From a virus (taxonomy: Duplodnaviria; Caudoviricetes): 64,000 nucleotides of DNA. Below the pieces are notes generated by a model. The model ran no database searches. It was not told the origin of the DNA and was given only the letters and a program-made list of their open reading frames with translations. Both the position numbers and the translations under genes were made by a program. Numbering within the stretch: the first letter of the stretch is position 1; the number at the start of each line of letters is the position of its first letter. Below, in pieces: positions 1 through 9,302 of this stretch. Location of the stretch: positions 1-64,000 of IMG/VR virus record IMGVR_UViG_3300019371_000265; one strand, given 5' to 3'.

Positions 1-666
1 TTAATAACAATAACTATGCCATTTAGTTTTCAAATAAGTACCTTTCCCTTGTTTACCTTTTGACTGGTATATTACGTATCCAGGTAATATGCTTCCATTT
101 TCAAGAATCCACTTTGCATTACTCCAATTGCTTTCGGTCGGTTCGCGATAATACATGCCATCAGATACACAGGAATACTGTCCTTTATCGAACACCACTC
201 CTGCGATCGTATCAGGAAAGTCTTCACTTACTACACGATTTAACACTACCGATCCGACATATCTCTGTTCTTCGTCTGAACAAAACTGTGCTTCTCCTGC
301 GAGTACGTGAGCCATAATGTATAAATCTTCTTTCGAATATGTAATTTCAACGTCTGACAGGTATTCTGATTTGATATATGCATAGCCACCTTCGATTATA
401 ATCATACTCCAACCATCTATGTCTAACACAACGTCAACAGTAGTGTTAAGCAACGTCTTGTCTAATATTTCTGAATTTACGTTTGGTTCTCGTCTAATAT
501 TTACACCGTCAAAGGTATATTTTACTGAGATGTCAGTTACGTATGGTAATGCCTCTTCAAACTGTGCTGCCGTAGCAGTTTCCTCTTTATTGTTCGCCCA
601 TGTTGCCATGGGCATGGTAAGGGTGAGGCACAGTGATAATGTACCTGCTGTTAATAATTTTCTCAT
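1..666 (-). CDS. Cell wall hydrolase (SleB/Hydrolase_2) with signal peptide and SH3b domain
   Basis: N-terminal signal; SH3b-like VNIRREPNVNSEIL..DGWS..GYAYIKSEYL; SleB motifs MAHVLAGEA, VGSVVLNRV..FPDTIAGVVF..GQYS. Confidence 0.85.
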   Translation of the reverse strand: MRKLLTAGTLSLCLTLTMPMATWANNKEETATAAQFEEALPYVTDISVKYTFDGVNIRREPNVNSEILDKTLLNTTVDVVLDIDGWSMIIIEGGYAYIKSEYLSDVEITYSKEDLYIMAHVLAGEAQFCSDEEQRYVGSVVLNRVVSEDFPDTIAGVVFDKGQYSCVSDGMYYREPTESNWSNAKWILENGSILPGYVIYQSKGKQGKGTYLKTKWHSYCY

Positions 667-730
667 AAGTTTCCTCCAAATTTAGTTTTAGAGGATATCG
701 ATATCCGGTTTTAATCTATGTATCTATATA

Positions 731-758
731 AACTGTGTTTGCGCGGACACAGAGTTTT
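731..758 (-). terminator. Intrinsic terminator-like hairpin after dUTPase
   Basis: Stem CTGTGT(CC)..(A)ACACAG followed by TTTATAT on the minus strand. Confidence 0.5.
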
Positions 759-767
759 CAATAATAC

Positions 768-1199
768 TTATTTGGTTCCAGTTGAACCATGACCTCCACG
801 GTCTTCGTTACCTAACATTTCAACTTCTTCAAACATAATTTCTGGCTGATGTTTCATGATGCGAAACTGACAGATCCGGTCATTGACTTCAATCTTAGTA
901 TCTCGTAATGCATATGCGGGGAAAAGCCAAAAATCGGAGTCTCCGCAATACGATTCATCAATAATCCCCATGCTGTTAGTCTGAATGATACCGAAATTTT
1001 TAAATGTGCTACTACGTGGGACAACATGTGCTTCATATCCTTCTGGTAACTCCATAGCAACTCCAAGTGGAATTAACTTAAACTCTCCTGCTTTCATCTC
1101 AACAGTTTCTGCTGAACGTAAATCGATCCAGTCTCCCATGCTGATTTTCTTGATTCTTTCTAATATCTGACTGCTGTATTTAATTCTAATCTTTTCCAA
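768..1199 (-). CDS. dut: Trimeric dUTPase
   Basis: [32 protein letters not shown] motifs. Confidence 0.95.
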   Translation of the reverse strand: MEKIRIKYSSQILERIKKISMGDWIDLRSAETVEMKAGEFKLIPLGVAMELPEGYEAHVVPRSSTFKNFGIIQTNSMGIIDESYCGDSDFWLFPAYALRDTKIEVNDRICQFRIMKHQPEIMFEEVEMLGNEDRGGHGSTGTK

Positions 1200-1211
1200 A
1201 CTTAATCTCCT

Positions 1212-1685
1212 TTAATGTTTTTGAAATACATATGTTGTGTCAATAAATTCACCAGAACTATTTTTCATATAGAATCTCTGGTTTGTTGTTTTACTATTAA
1301 GACCACCCAGTTTAATTTTATATGAGCCGATTTTTATGTAGTCGAGCAGTTCAAGAAGACTATCTAATTCATGCATATCATCAAGTCCACTATACAGACA
1401 AGTTTTGAACCCATTCTCTTTACATTTTTGTAATAGCGACTTCAGTTCTAATAGGTTTTGATCACCACCCATGAAACAGACACAGGTAATTAATCCCTTA
1501 TATAGTTCAATAACGCTGTCAATATCATCTGATACGTATTTGCCCTCGTATTCCCATAAATATTGGCTGTGGCAACCCTCACACATATGAGGGCAACCAC
1601 TAATATTAAAAATAAGAGAAGTTTCGTTTGGCACTTCTTGAAATGCCGTTGTATATCCAATGTATTTAAGAGGTAAATTTTCCAT
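1212..1685 (-). CDS. nrdG: Anaerobic ribonucleotide reductase activating protein
   Basis: FQEVPNE..ISGCPHMCEGCHS radical SAM motif, CFMGGD; directly downstream of nrdD. Confidence 0.9.
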   Translation of the reverse strand: MENLPLKYIGYTTAFQEVPNETSLIFNISGCPHMCEGCHSQYLWEYEGKYVSDDIDSVIELYKGLITCVCFMGGDQNLLELKSLLQKCKENGFKTCLYSGLDDMHELDSLLELLDYIKIGSYKIKLGGLNSKTTNQRFYMKNSSGEFIDTTYVFQKH

Positions 1686-2124
1686 AGAACCTCTTTCCTG
1701 CTTCCTTGATTCTTTCTGACGAGAACTTAGAAACTCGCTTTAAATAACCAATGATTCTTGTAATCCAATCCACATCTTCACTGCCACATTTTTCACAGTG
1801 ATCCATGTGTCTTTTACTGATATGCCCGCACACATTACAAATTGTGTTTGGTATATTGAACGTAAAATACGAACATCCTGTTTTAATAGCAACCATAAGC
1901 AAATTGATATACTGCTCTTTTGACAAGTGTTCATCGAGGTTTGCGTGTAGAGCAGAACCGCCATCTAAGAACTTCGTAAGCTTCTTTCCGTGCAAAATAA
2001 ATTTATCAATGATATTACATGATTCATCTTCAACTTTATAGAAGTAGCTGTTATAGCAATCTCTTGGTGAGAAATATCCATCTTCCTTATCCCACTTTGC
2101 ATTCTTGACACCCAGATTTTCCGC
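1666..2124 (-). CDS. nrdD: Class III ribonucleotide reductase, exon 2
   Basis: AENLGVKNA.., LDGGSALH, CxxC..CxxC Zn site, glycyl-radical loop TRIIGYL. Confidence 0.9.
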   Translation of the reverse strand, partial: AENLGVKNAKWDKEDGYFSPRDCYNSYFYKVEDESCNIIDKFILHGKKLTKFLDGGSALHANLDEHLSKEQYINLLMVAIKTGCSYFTFNIPNTICNVCGHISKRHMDHCEKCGSEDVDWITRIIGYLKRVSKFSSERIKEAGKRFYGKFTS

Positions 2125-3036
2125 CATTCTGTTACTTTTGTGACCTATAAAAATTATCCAAACAATTCTTTCTCTTTTATTTTTCTATTAAATAACGCTT
2201 CTTCAATAGTGTCGTATGTACCAATATAATGAGTTTTTCCATTTTTTACTATTGTTGATCTGTATCTTCCCGATTTAACTTTATACACTCCGTTATCATA
2301 ATTGTGTTGATTGACTAAATTTTTGCTATGTGAACAAATTCGCAAATTAGATTTCCTGTTATTTAGTCCATTATGATCTAAGTGATCAATATCTTCAGTT
2401 CCGCTATAATCGAGAATTAACCGATGAACAAATAATGGTTTTCCTCCGCTCAATGTTGCTATTGCATAATTTGTATTTCTGCTTTTTCTTAGGTGCCATT
2501 TATATTTTTTTGCAACTATCAACATCGTCTATGTCTATTAGACAGGTATCAACTAAATTACCATTCTTATCTAATAAGACTATTTCTGCATAATCAGAAT
2601 GTAGAATGTAATCATTTTTATCATATATGGTTTTATTCAAGAACTTACCGTGCCTTGCGTATTGACTTATATGTTTTCTACACAGCACCATACCTTTATA
2701 CCCTTTGATATCGAAATGATCACTATCCCTACCACATACTTCACAAATCCTTATAATTATATATACCTCATATTGTTTGATTTTTATAGGCGGTCACAGT
2801 TCTTCCAAAAGCGTCTTTACGCTTGACTGCAACTCTCCAATTTTACTATTAGATTATATTTGGAGTTCAGACTATCGCATCCTCATTTAAAACTTTTCCT
2901 ATGAGGTTTCCTTATTTAGTCGTTCACGCTGTATTTAAACTTGCGCCCTGTTATCCATCTCTGGAACTTCAAGTCAATTAAAGGAAATTTTGTATTGGTG
3001 AATTATGGATTATTCCACCATATCCCCACTCATTTT
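2125..3036 (-). mobile_element. Group I intron (912 nt) in nrdD
   Basis: Exon 1 ends ATCCCT (U) and pairs with IGS GGGGAT; intron ends in G at 2125; P7 GACTA (2921-2917)/TAGTC (2874-2870); P8 hairpin 2881-2906; splicing restores FNTEFIP-AENLG in frame. Confidence 0.9.
2154..2757 (-). pseudogene. Intron-encoded HNH-AP2 homing endonuclease, frameshifted
   Basis: ORF-track pieces 2500-2691 and 2154-2525 join if the A7 run at 2505-2511 is read as A6; IDHLDHNGLNNRKSNL HNH motif, AP2-like HYIGTYDTIEEA; probable ATT start at 2757. Confidence 0.8.
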
Positions 3037-4425
3037 AGGGATAAATTCCGTGTTAAACATTAATTCATGAGTCTTGGCTTTTTTATTTTCTTCGTAGATT
3101 GGTTTTAGAATCCTTTCTCCATATGCAAAATACTCATCATTTGGCGAAATTTCGATTTCCAAGAATTCCGCACTCTCGACAAAACCGTTAATGCCAATGG
3201 TCAAAAACTGTTTTTCAAGTGAAATGTAACCAGCATCATATGCTGACAATAGTTTCGCATTAAAGTTATCTTTCACGATTTCATTGTATGCAGTTAAGTA
3301 ATGATGCATCTTTATAGTTTGTTCCCTCATCATTTCCGAAATATCAATGCTGTTTCTTGTCGCAATCTGAACTAGCCGATTTACATTCATAGTCATTACG
3401 CCTTTTGATCCGGTTGCAACTCCACCTGCACCAAGGGTGTATGAAAAGGTATTGTCCTGTATCTCATTTCTTAATCTACAACAGCTCGCAAGAGAATCAA
3501 CGCTACCGCTTGTATATGTAAAGAATGAATGCCCTTCTGAATACATTTCTGCGGCAAAATCTTTATATTCTTTGTCAACATAGTCAGATCCATCGTTTAG
3601 CAGATTCATAGTTTCCACGGGAAATGTAAGTACAGCTTTCAACCTCTCCTGATTAAACCACCTCATAAATCTTTTCTGTAACCAACTAACACTGTCCCAC
3701 GTTGGCTCCGTACCATCTGGGAACACAAAATTATTAAATATTCCATTAAAATATGGTTTATCAAAATACGCTATATTCCAAAATACACTCTGGAAATTTC
3801 TTGCGGCTGCTGGCTGATTAAGCGAGTAAACTACTTGCTGAAAACCATCAGTGATCACCTTGTCAATAGTTCTGTGCTTTTTAGATAAATCCACAACCTT
3901 CGAAGAGTTTTTATAGTAGTCGTCTCCATATTCCACACGAATAAAATAGTCTAAATATGTAAGATATTCTGGTGTAGATACGGCTCCCGCAAACTGTGCT
4001 GCGATAGCAAATACCAAATTTATAAATGCACCGTTGAAAGACTGAAGATTTGTTGGCGATTCGGACATTCCTCCAATTGACTTTAAACCGTTAAATAAGA
4101 ATGGATACATGGTAATTGATACACAGTATGGCATGATGCTTGTTTCGTCATTCTTATACATTTCATGATTATCCAACTGTCTTATATATTCATCTGCCCA
4201 AGACTCTCCATACATCTCAGTAAGTTTATCAATCATCATCAGACGATTGGTTCCAATCATATCTTTCTTCGGTAGTTCTCCAGTACACGTAGTTACATTT
4301 TTATTTTCAACGTTTGCATTCGAATCAACTTCACTTCCTGTTGCTGCGTTAATAGCCTTTTTATACTTGTTAATAAAGTTGACATATTTCCTGTACTTCT
4401 CGTATTTCTTAGTCGTGTCTGTCAA
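3037..4425 (-). CDS. nrdD: Class III ribonucleotide reductase, exon 1 (no ATP cone)
   Basis: PYCVSI, AQFAGAV, TFPVET, finger loop SCCRLRN, FLTIGING. Confidence 0.92.
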
Positions 4426-4440
4426 ATGTAAGTCCTCCTA

Positions 4441-4644
4441 TTATAAACTTTTAATCCAATTCATAGCATTCTTGGCGTTCATGATCTCGCCATTTACTTC
4501 AAGCATTGGGGCGCTTTTAATTCCTTTTTCCAACATAATTTCCATATCATCAACAGTTTCAAATTCAATATTTTTTGTAGTCAACAAATCCTTAATCATT
4601 CTACACACAGGACAATGTTCTGTGGTGTAAAGTATGATTTTCAT
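4441..4644 (-). CDS. NrdH-like glutaredoxin
   Basis: CPVC motif, SAPMLEVNG; upstream of nrdD. Confidence 0.85.
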   Translation of the reverse strand: MKIILYTTEHCPVCRMIKDLLTTKNIEFETVDDMEIMLEKGIKSAPMLEVNGEIMNAKNAMNWIKSL

Positions 4645-4829
4645 AAACTCTTTTCCTCCTCATTTTTGTTATCTATACTAAATATGGTTCCGAGCGAAAG
4701 CATTGAAAGCGTAATTACAATACCAAACACAAACGCTTCGTAACCGATATTTCATAAATTAAATAAACAAACTCCTGCCATCATTAGTGAAAGATAATCA
4801 TATGTACGAAACTTGCGATTATTTTTCAT
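4641..4829 (-). pseudogene. Small two-TM membrane protein gene with in-frame TGA
   Basis: MKNNRKF..CLFNL*NIGYEAFVFGIVITLSML..KSL; TGA at 4752-4754; natural stop overlaps the nrdH ATG. Confidence 0.55.
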
Positions 4830-5050
4830 AATTAAAATCTTCTCTTTCTATGATATTTTTTAATTTTTTCATATAATATAAAATCCAATTCAAATAAAAA
4901 CCATTCAATTAGAAGCACGCAGAGCATTATAATTCCGTTATCTAATTTCCATAAGGTTCTTCCCCATACGAACATTGAACACAATATGAGACATCTTAGA
5001 AGAATTTCACATAAATTAATAAACATTATTTTCATTATTTTTACCTTTCT

Positions 5051-5599
5051 TTATTCAGCGCTGTAATCTTCTGGTAATGACCAATCTTCACAGAGTCTTG
5101 CGTCAACTTTTGTCTGTGACACCGTAATTTCTGATTCAACATATGTTGGCTTAATGGTTCCATCTTTATCTGTTGTTAAAATCCAGGTTGCTGAAGATGT
5201 TACTGTGTTGGTGTATAAGCCATTTGGTTCGGCCTGTGGAATAACAGCACTCTCATATGTACGGTTCTCTGGATTAGTAATACTTGCGCCATATGGAATT
5301 CCGTAGCCAACGCATGTTCCCTGATATATCCATTTCCCAGACATATCGTTTTTTGTATACCAATAACAAATTAAGTTTGGGTTATCTCTCATCTCATAAA
5401 TTTCTTTAAGCTGTGCCATCTCAAAGAAGTTGGTTACATTTGGCAACCCAACCGAATCCAATGACTGCTGTTTTACAGTTTCAGTATACTGTTCTTCTGC
5501 ATTAGACACTGAATCACAACCGGACATACTTCCCATAACAATTAACACCATAACCATAATTAAAATCTTATTTCTCATTTTTACTTTCCTCCTAAACAT
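5051..5599 (-). CDS. Putative lipoprotein
   Basis: Hydrophobic signal plus lipobox MSGC. Confidence 0.6.
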   Translation of the reverse strand: MFRRKVKMRNKILIMVMVLIVMGSMSGCDSVSNAEEQYTETVKQQSLDSVGLPNVTNFFEMAQLKEIYEMRDNPNLICYWYTKNDMSGKWIYQGTCVGYGIPYGASITNPENRTYESAVIPQAEPNGLYTNTVTSSATWILTTDKDGTIKPTYVESEITVSQTKVDARLCEDWSLPEDYSAE

Positions 5600-5973
5600 T
5601 TGTTGTAGAATTGTCTTAAAGTTACATTTTCAATTTTAGATGAATCAAGATTTGGATATCTCATTGCCACATACTGCATAATAGTTTTCTGTTCTGCTGT
5701 GTCTGTGGTATTATTGTACTGGCGATAACTATCAGCCAAGAAACTTGCGGCGGATTCATTATATGTAACAGATTGCTTGAAGATTTTTCTCTCCTGATTC
5801 ACTCTCCACTTTTTATATGCCACTCCACCAGATCCACATAATAGCACGAATGCTAATGTCCATAAAATAACTCTTACTGCACCTTTCCTTCCAACATAAT
5901 CTAGCTCTCTGAAACTTTCATTCACTTCATTTTTAAATTCTTTGTCTAATTTTTTCATTATTCTCCTTTCCAA
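5581..5973 (-). CDS. Hypothetical membrane protein
   Basis: One TM segment; overlaps the lipoprotein gene. Confidence 0.6.
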   Translation of the reverse strand: MERRIMKKLDKEFKNEVNESFRELDYVGRKGAVRVILWTLAFVLLCGSGGVAYKKWRVNQERKIFKQSVTYNESAASFLADSYRQYNNTTDTAEQKTIMQYVAMRYPNLDSSKIENVTLRQFYNKCLGGK

Positions 5974-6007
5974 TTCCCAATCAACCTATAATTTGACAGG
6001 GATATTT

Positions 6008-6055
6008 TAACTATATGTTGTGTCTTTTATTATCGCATACCACTATATGTAGTAT
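6008..6055. promoter_or_regulatory. Tandem NrdR boxes upstream of the nrdH-nrdD-nrdG-dut operon
   Basis: taaCTATATgTTGtgt (6008) and ccaCTATATgTAGtat (6040), 32 bp apart; match acaCwAtATaTwGtgt. Confidence 0.8.
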
Positions 6056-6070
6056 TTATTTGCATAAAAA

Positions 6071-6463
6071 TCACTTGATAGTTGCGTTCTCGACTTTTAC
6101 TAATTCTGGGTTTTGATAAATGTTACCAATTACTTCATAGCTTCCATTTACTGAACCATGATAACCATAATATTGTTTTACTCCTACGCTTTTGAATGCG
6201 CCACCTATGTATGTTATCACTCCGACATGCCTATGTGATTTACCTCTGCTCCATTCTTTTCCCTTAATAACGTCACCTTCGTACATTTCATTCTCGTTTC
6301 TATCTTTTAATTCTGTAGATTGCATCAGAACAACATCATTACAAAAATCCAATGGCGTTGCATGCAGATATGGATAACAGGTTCCATCTCCAAAATCTAC
6401 TATCGGAATATTGAGCATTAATTTATTTTCTTTATCCCATGCTCTAAATTTACTATTTCGCAT
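6071..6463 (-). CDS. YopX family protein
   Basis: KFRAWDK, LMQSTELKDRNENEMYEGDVI, EVIGNIYQNPEL. Confidence 0.9.
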   Translation of the reverse strand: MRNSKFRAWDKENKLMLNIPIVDFGDGTCYPYLHATPLDFCNDVVLMQSTELKDRNENEMYEGDVIKGKEWSRGKSHRHVGVITYIGGAFKSVGVKQYYGYHGSVNGSYEVIGNIYQNPELVKVENATIK

Positions 6464-6828
6464 TGTTTCACCTTCTTCATATAATCAAACAAATATATTG
6501 TTTATTTGGTAGAAATCCTAAGAGCGCACTCGACATTACATCTTAATGTAAGAATAAATGTGCTATTATGTTTAATTATTTAATCTCAACACTATAATAA
6601 ATATGTTGCATGTCAAATACTCTAATCGTCGTATCATCTTTAAAGTAACAATCTAAATAATATCTATCTCCTTCTCCTGCTGGCATGTGTTCTAATATTT
6701 TAATTAAACCATCACATCCTACTGTTAGATATCCAGTGCTTAACAACACTTTTATAATTTCTCTCTCCGCCACGTCATATGAACTTGAATACATTCAATA
6801 TCCCCCCTCTCTCCGTCAAAGTGCAGTT

Positions 6829-7302
6829 TTATTTACAATATTTTTTATTTAATGCTCTTATAATTTCATTACAAACGTCGTATGCGCCTTCTGTATAGTC
6901 CACGCTCATTCCACAATCACCATCTAGGCAATCTTCGTCGTATTTAGATCTTATAAATCCAATGATACGTGAGATATCTTCTAAACTAATTTCACTTTTA
7001 TTTGCTTCTTCACTCCCGACGTTATCGTAAGTCTTCTCAAAAATATCCGGTTTACATGGATATAATTCTCCATTCACCCCCTGAATGATGTAATCACCTA
7101 CACTTGCATGATGTACACCCTCTAAAGTCTTGATAAATAACTCACAAGGTGGCTCATTTGGCGATAAACTATCATAATAGATAATTCCATCGTTATATGC
7201 ATTTACCGCCCATTCTGGAACATAATAGTTCCCATTACTTCCCATTAAATCTCCATCATACTGAAATGCCTCAATTACTACCGGTTTCTTTCTAAATTTC
7301 AT
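6829..7302 (-). CDS. Conserved phage protein (PGDYG-like)
   Basis: KFRKKPVVIEA, IKTLEG..GDYIIQGVNGELYPCKPDIFEKTY. Confidence 0.75.
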   Translation of the reverse strand: MKFRKKPVVIEAFQYDGDLMGSNGNYYVPEWAVNAYNDGIIYYDSLSPNEPPCELFIKTLEGVHHASVGDYIIQGVNGELYPCKPDIFEKTYDNVGSEEANKSEISLEDISRIIGFIRSKYDEDCLDGDCGMSVDYTEGAYDVCNEIIRALNKKYCK

Positions 7303-7314
7303 TTTTACTCTCCT

Positions 7315-7770
7315 TTATTTTCCATAATATTTATCTATGTATAACATTGCTTCTTCCATTGAATCTTCGCCCAATTCAATCCTGTCACAGAAACAATGAA
7401 CCCACGGGTGAATAATCTTCTTTAATTTTTCTACTTCGTCTTCTGCCACATCATTTCGCTCCAGAAATCCGATAATTGGCTTTCTCCATAAATAAGCCCA
7501 CGCCATTTCAACAATGCTACCTACCGACAATCTGATGTTGTTCAAGTTCACAAGAACTACTTTTGACTTCTTAACTTTCCGCAAACAAAACATAAGAATT
7601 TCAAGATCAGACTTATGAAGACACTCGCTGTAATTATAATAATCGTTTGGATTAACAGCTCTAAAGCGCTTAGAACAAGCTTCAAACCACTCTTGACAAT
7701 TCCTACGCCACTCATTACTTTGCTCAAAAACAAGGCATTCTGACGCTCCACACAACCACACATCTTTCAA
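7315..7770 (-). CDS. Nucleoside 2-deoxyribosyltransferase-like protein
   Basis: VWLCG..WRR..VNP..SVGSIVEMAWA..KPII. Confidence 0.7.
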   Translation of the reverse strand: MKDVWLCGASECLVFEQSNEWRRNCQEWFEACSKRFRAVNPNDYYNYSECLHKSDLEILMFCLRKVKKSKVVLVNLNNIRLSVGSIVEMAWAYLWRKPIIGFLERNDVAEDEVEKLKKIIHPWVHCFCDRIELGEDSMEEAMLYIDKYYGK

Positions 7771-8000
7771 CTACACTCCTCCTTTAAATATCCCAATTAT
7801 GTTCCACACTCTTCATACTCCCATGGATTATAAATAAATCTACTTCATGGTCGTGCGTTTTATCGTAGAGTGCTGCGATTTCGTATCCGTGTTTCTTCTG
7901 TGTGATAACAACCTCATAGATGGTATCCTGAATAAATCCCATGGGATTTGTTTTTCCGATGTACTTAACTAGCATTCTTTCATCAAAGACCATAATCCTC

Positions 8001-8450
8001 CTATTCTTGATACTTAATTGCTTCCAACTGTGTTTCCATATGTTTGATTTCATCGTCTAAATAAAATCTAGCCTTTTTGAGATCTTCAATTGAAGATTCA
8101 AGAACATCTCCCTTTAAATCCTTTTTACCCATTCTACTTATGTATTTAACAACATTGCCCAAGTCAAAACCTAGATCCCATGCACGAATTACTTTAATTG
8201 CTTCATACGGATTGTCTGCTCCGCCATAATGATTTGGGTGTAAAACCATTTCTTTTGATTCAAGTTTTTGGATAATTTCTTTCATATACTTCCCCTCAAT
8301 CCCTCCAACATCATCTTTCTTATCTGGATATTCCGTACATTCATGTTCAATATCTACAATTACAAATGGTTCTTTCACTGCATTGCAGAAGTGTTGTAGT
8401 CTGCCTCCCACCACTCTTGGTTCACGTGATTTACAATCTTTACACTTCAT
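8001..8450 (-). CDS. DUF3310 (SaV-like) protein
   Basis: VLHPNHY, GNVVKYISRMGKK, EDLKKARFYL. Confidence 0.85.
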   Translation of the reverse strand: MKCKDCKSREPRVVGGRLQHFCNAVKEPFVIVDIEHECTEYPDKKDDVGGIEGKYMKEIIQKLESKEMVLHPNHYGGADNPYEAIKVIRAWDLGFDLGNVVKYISRMGKKDLKGDVLESSIEDLKKARFYLDDEIKHMETQLEAIKYQE

Positions 8451-9030
8451 TTTCTCCTCCTAACACCAATTCTTTAAAATTCGGTAATGTTTCTATCCAT
8501 TCGCAAAATTTGCGCCACTCAGGAAGTCGATGCACCTTCCTTTGTTTATATATTGTTTTTAATTGCTGATAGTTTGTAGTGAATCCAGCAGTTAATTCAA
8601 ATCCAGACGGTACATTGTATAAGATTCTTAAATACAAATCTTTAGCAAATTCGTTTCCCTTATCCTCCAATCCGTTATAAACATCAATCATTTCCTGTAC
8701 AACATCAATAATTCTTTCGTCTACATAATCATTGCACTGGTCTTTAAGAGCAAAGTTTGTGATTCGATGCATTGTTGATTGACTTGAAATGAAATCAATA
8801 AAGTGATATCGTTCTAATTCCACAGACATTTTGTTTGAAAACCGCATATCAAACTGAACAATAATCCCTTTTAAGAAGTTGTCGTGCCCTCCACCGATGC
8901 CGCATGAAGCCAAACTTTTAGTTGTATTTGTAATTCCAGACGCACAATTTTCTGCATTTACCGCCATAGGATATTTGCTAACCCTTATTGCATTTTCTAG
9001 TCCGTACACGTTAGTGTTATAAATTTTCAA
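8440..9030 (-). CDS. Divergent ThyX-like protein
   Basis: GHDNFL, ELERYHF..SSQSTMHR, NYQQLKTIYKQRKVHRLPEW. Confidence 0.55.
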   Translation of the reverse strand: MKIYNTNVYGLENAIRVSKYPMAVNAENCASGITNTTKSLASCGIGGGHDNFLKGIIVQFDMRFSNKMSVELERYHFIDFISSQSTMHRITNFALKDQCNDYVDERIIDVVQEMIDVYNGLEDKGNEFAKDLYLRILYNVPSGFELTAGFTTNYQQLKTIYKQRKVHRLPEWRKFCEWIETLPNFKELVLGGENEV

Positions 9031-9042
9031 AAAGTTCCTCCT

Positions 9043-9291
9043 TTAATTGTTTACAATATAATTTTTGATAACTTCTAAAAACTTTGCAATTTCCTCTTTA
9101 CTATCTGAGTGAATCTCAAGTGCTACAGGTTTACTCAGATCATATGAAAGAAGTCCCAACATACTCTTTGCATCACAAACATGCCTGTCGACTTTAACAT
9201 CTACATCTGATTCAACATTCTTATTTAATTCACTCACTACGTTCTGAGTGTCTTCTACGCTCGTAATCTTCACTACATATTTTGTTTCCAA
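9043..9291 (-). CDS. HPr-family protein lacking His15
   Basis: DAKSMLGLLS Ser46-type motif; 82 aa. Confidence 0.75.
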   Translation of the reverse strand: METKYVVKITSVEDTQNVVSELNKNVESDVDVKVDRHVCDAKSMLGLLSYDLSKPVALEIHSDSKEEIAKFLEVIKNYIVNN

Positions 9292-9302
9292 ATAATATCC
9301 TC

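Noticed and set aside
1666-4425. nrdD as two separate genes, a pseudogene or an intein-containing gene
   Set aside because: Group I intron junctions restore one continuous 615-aa frame.
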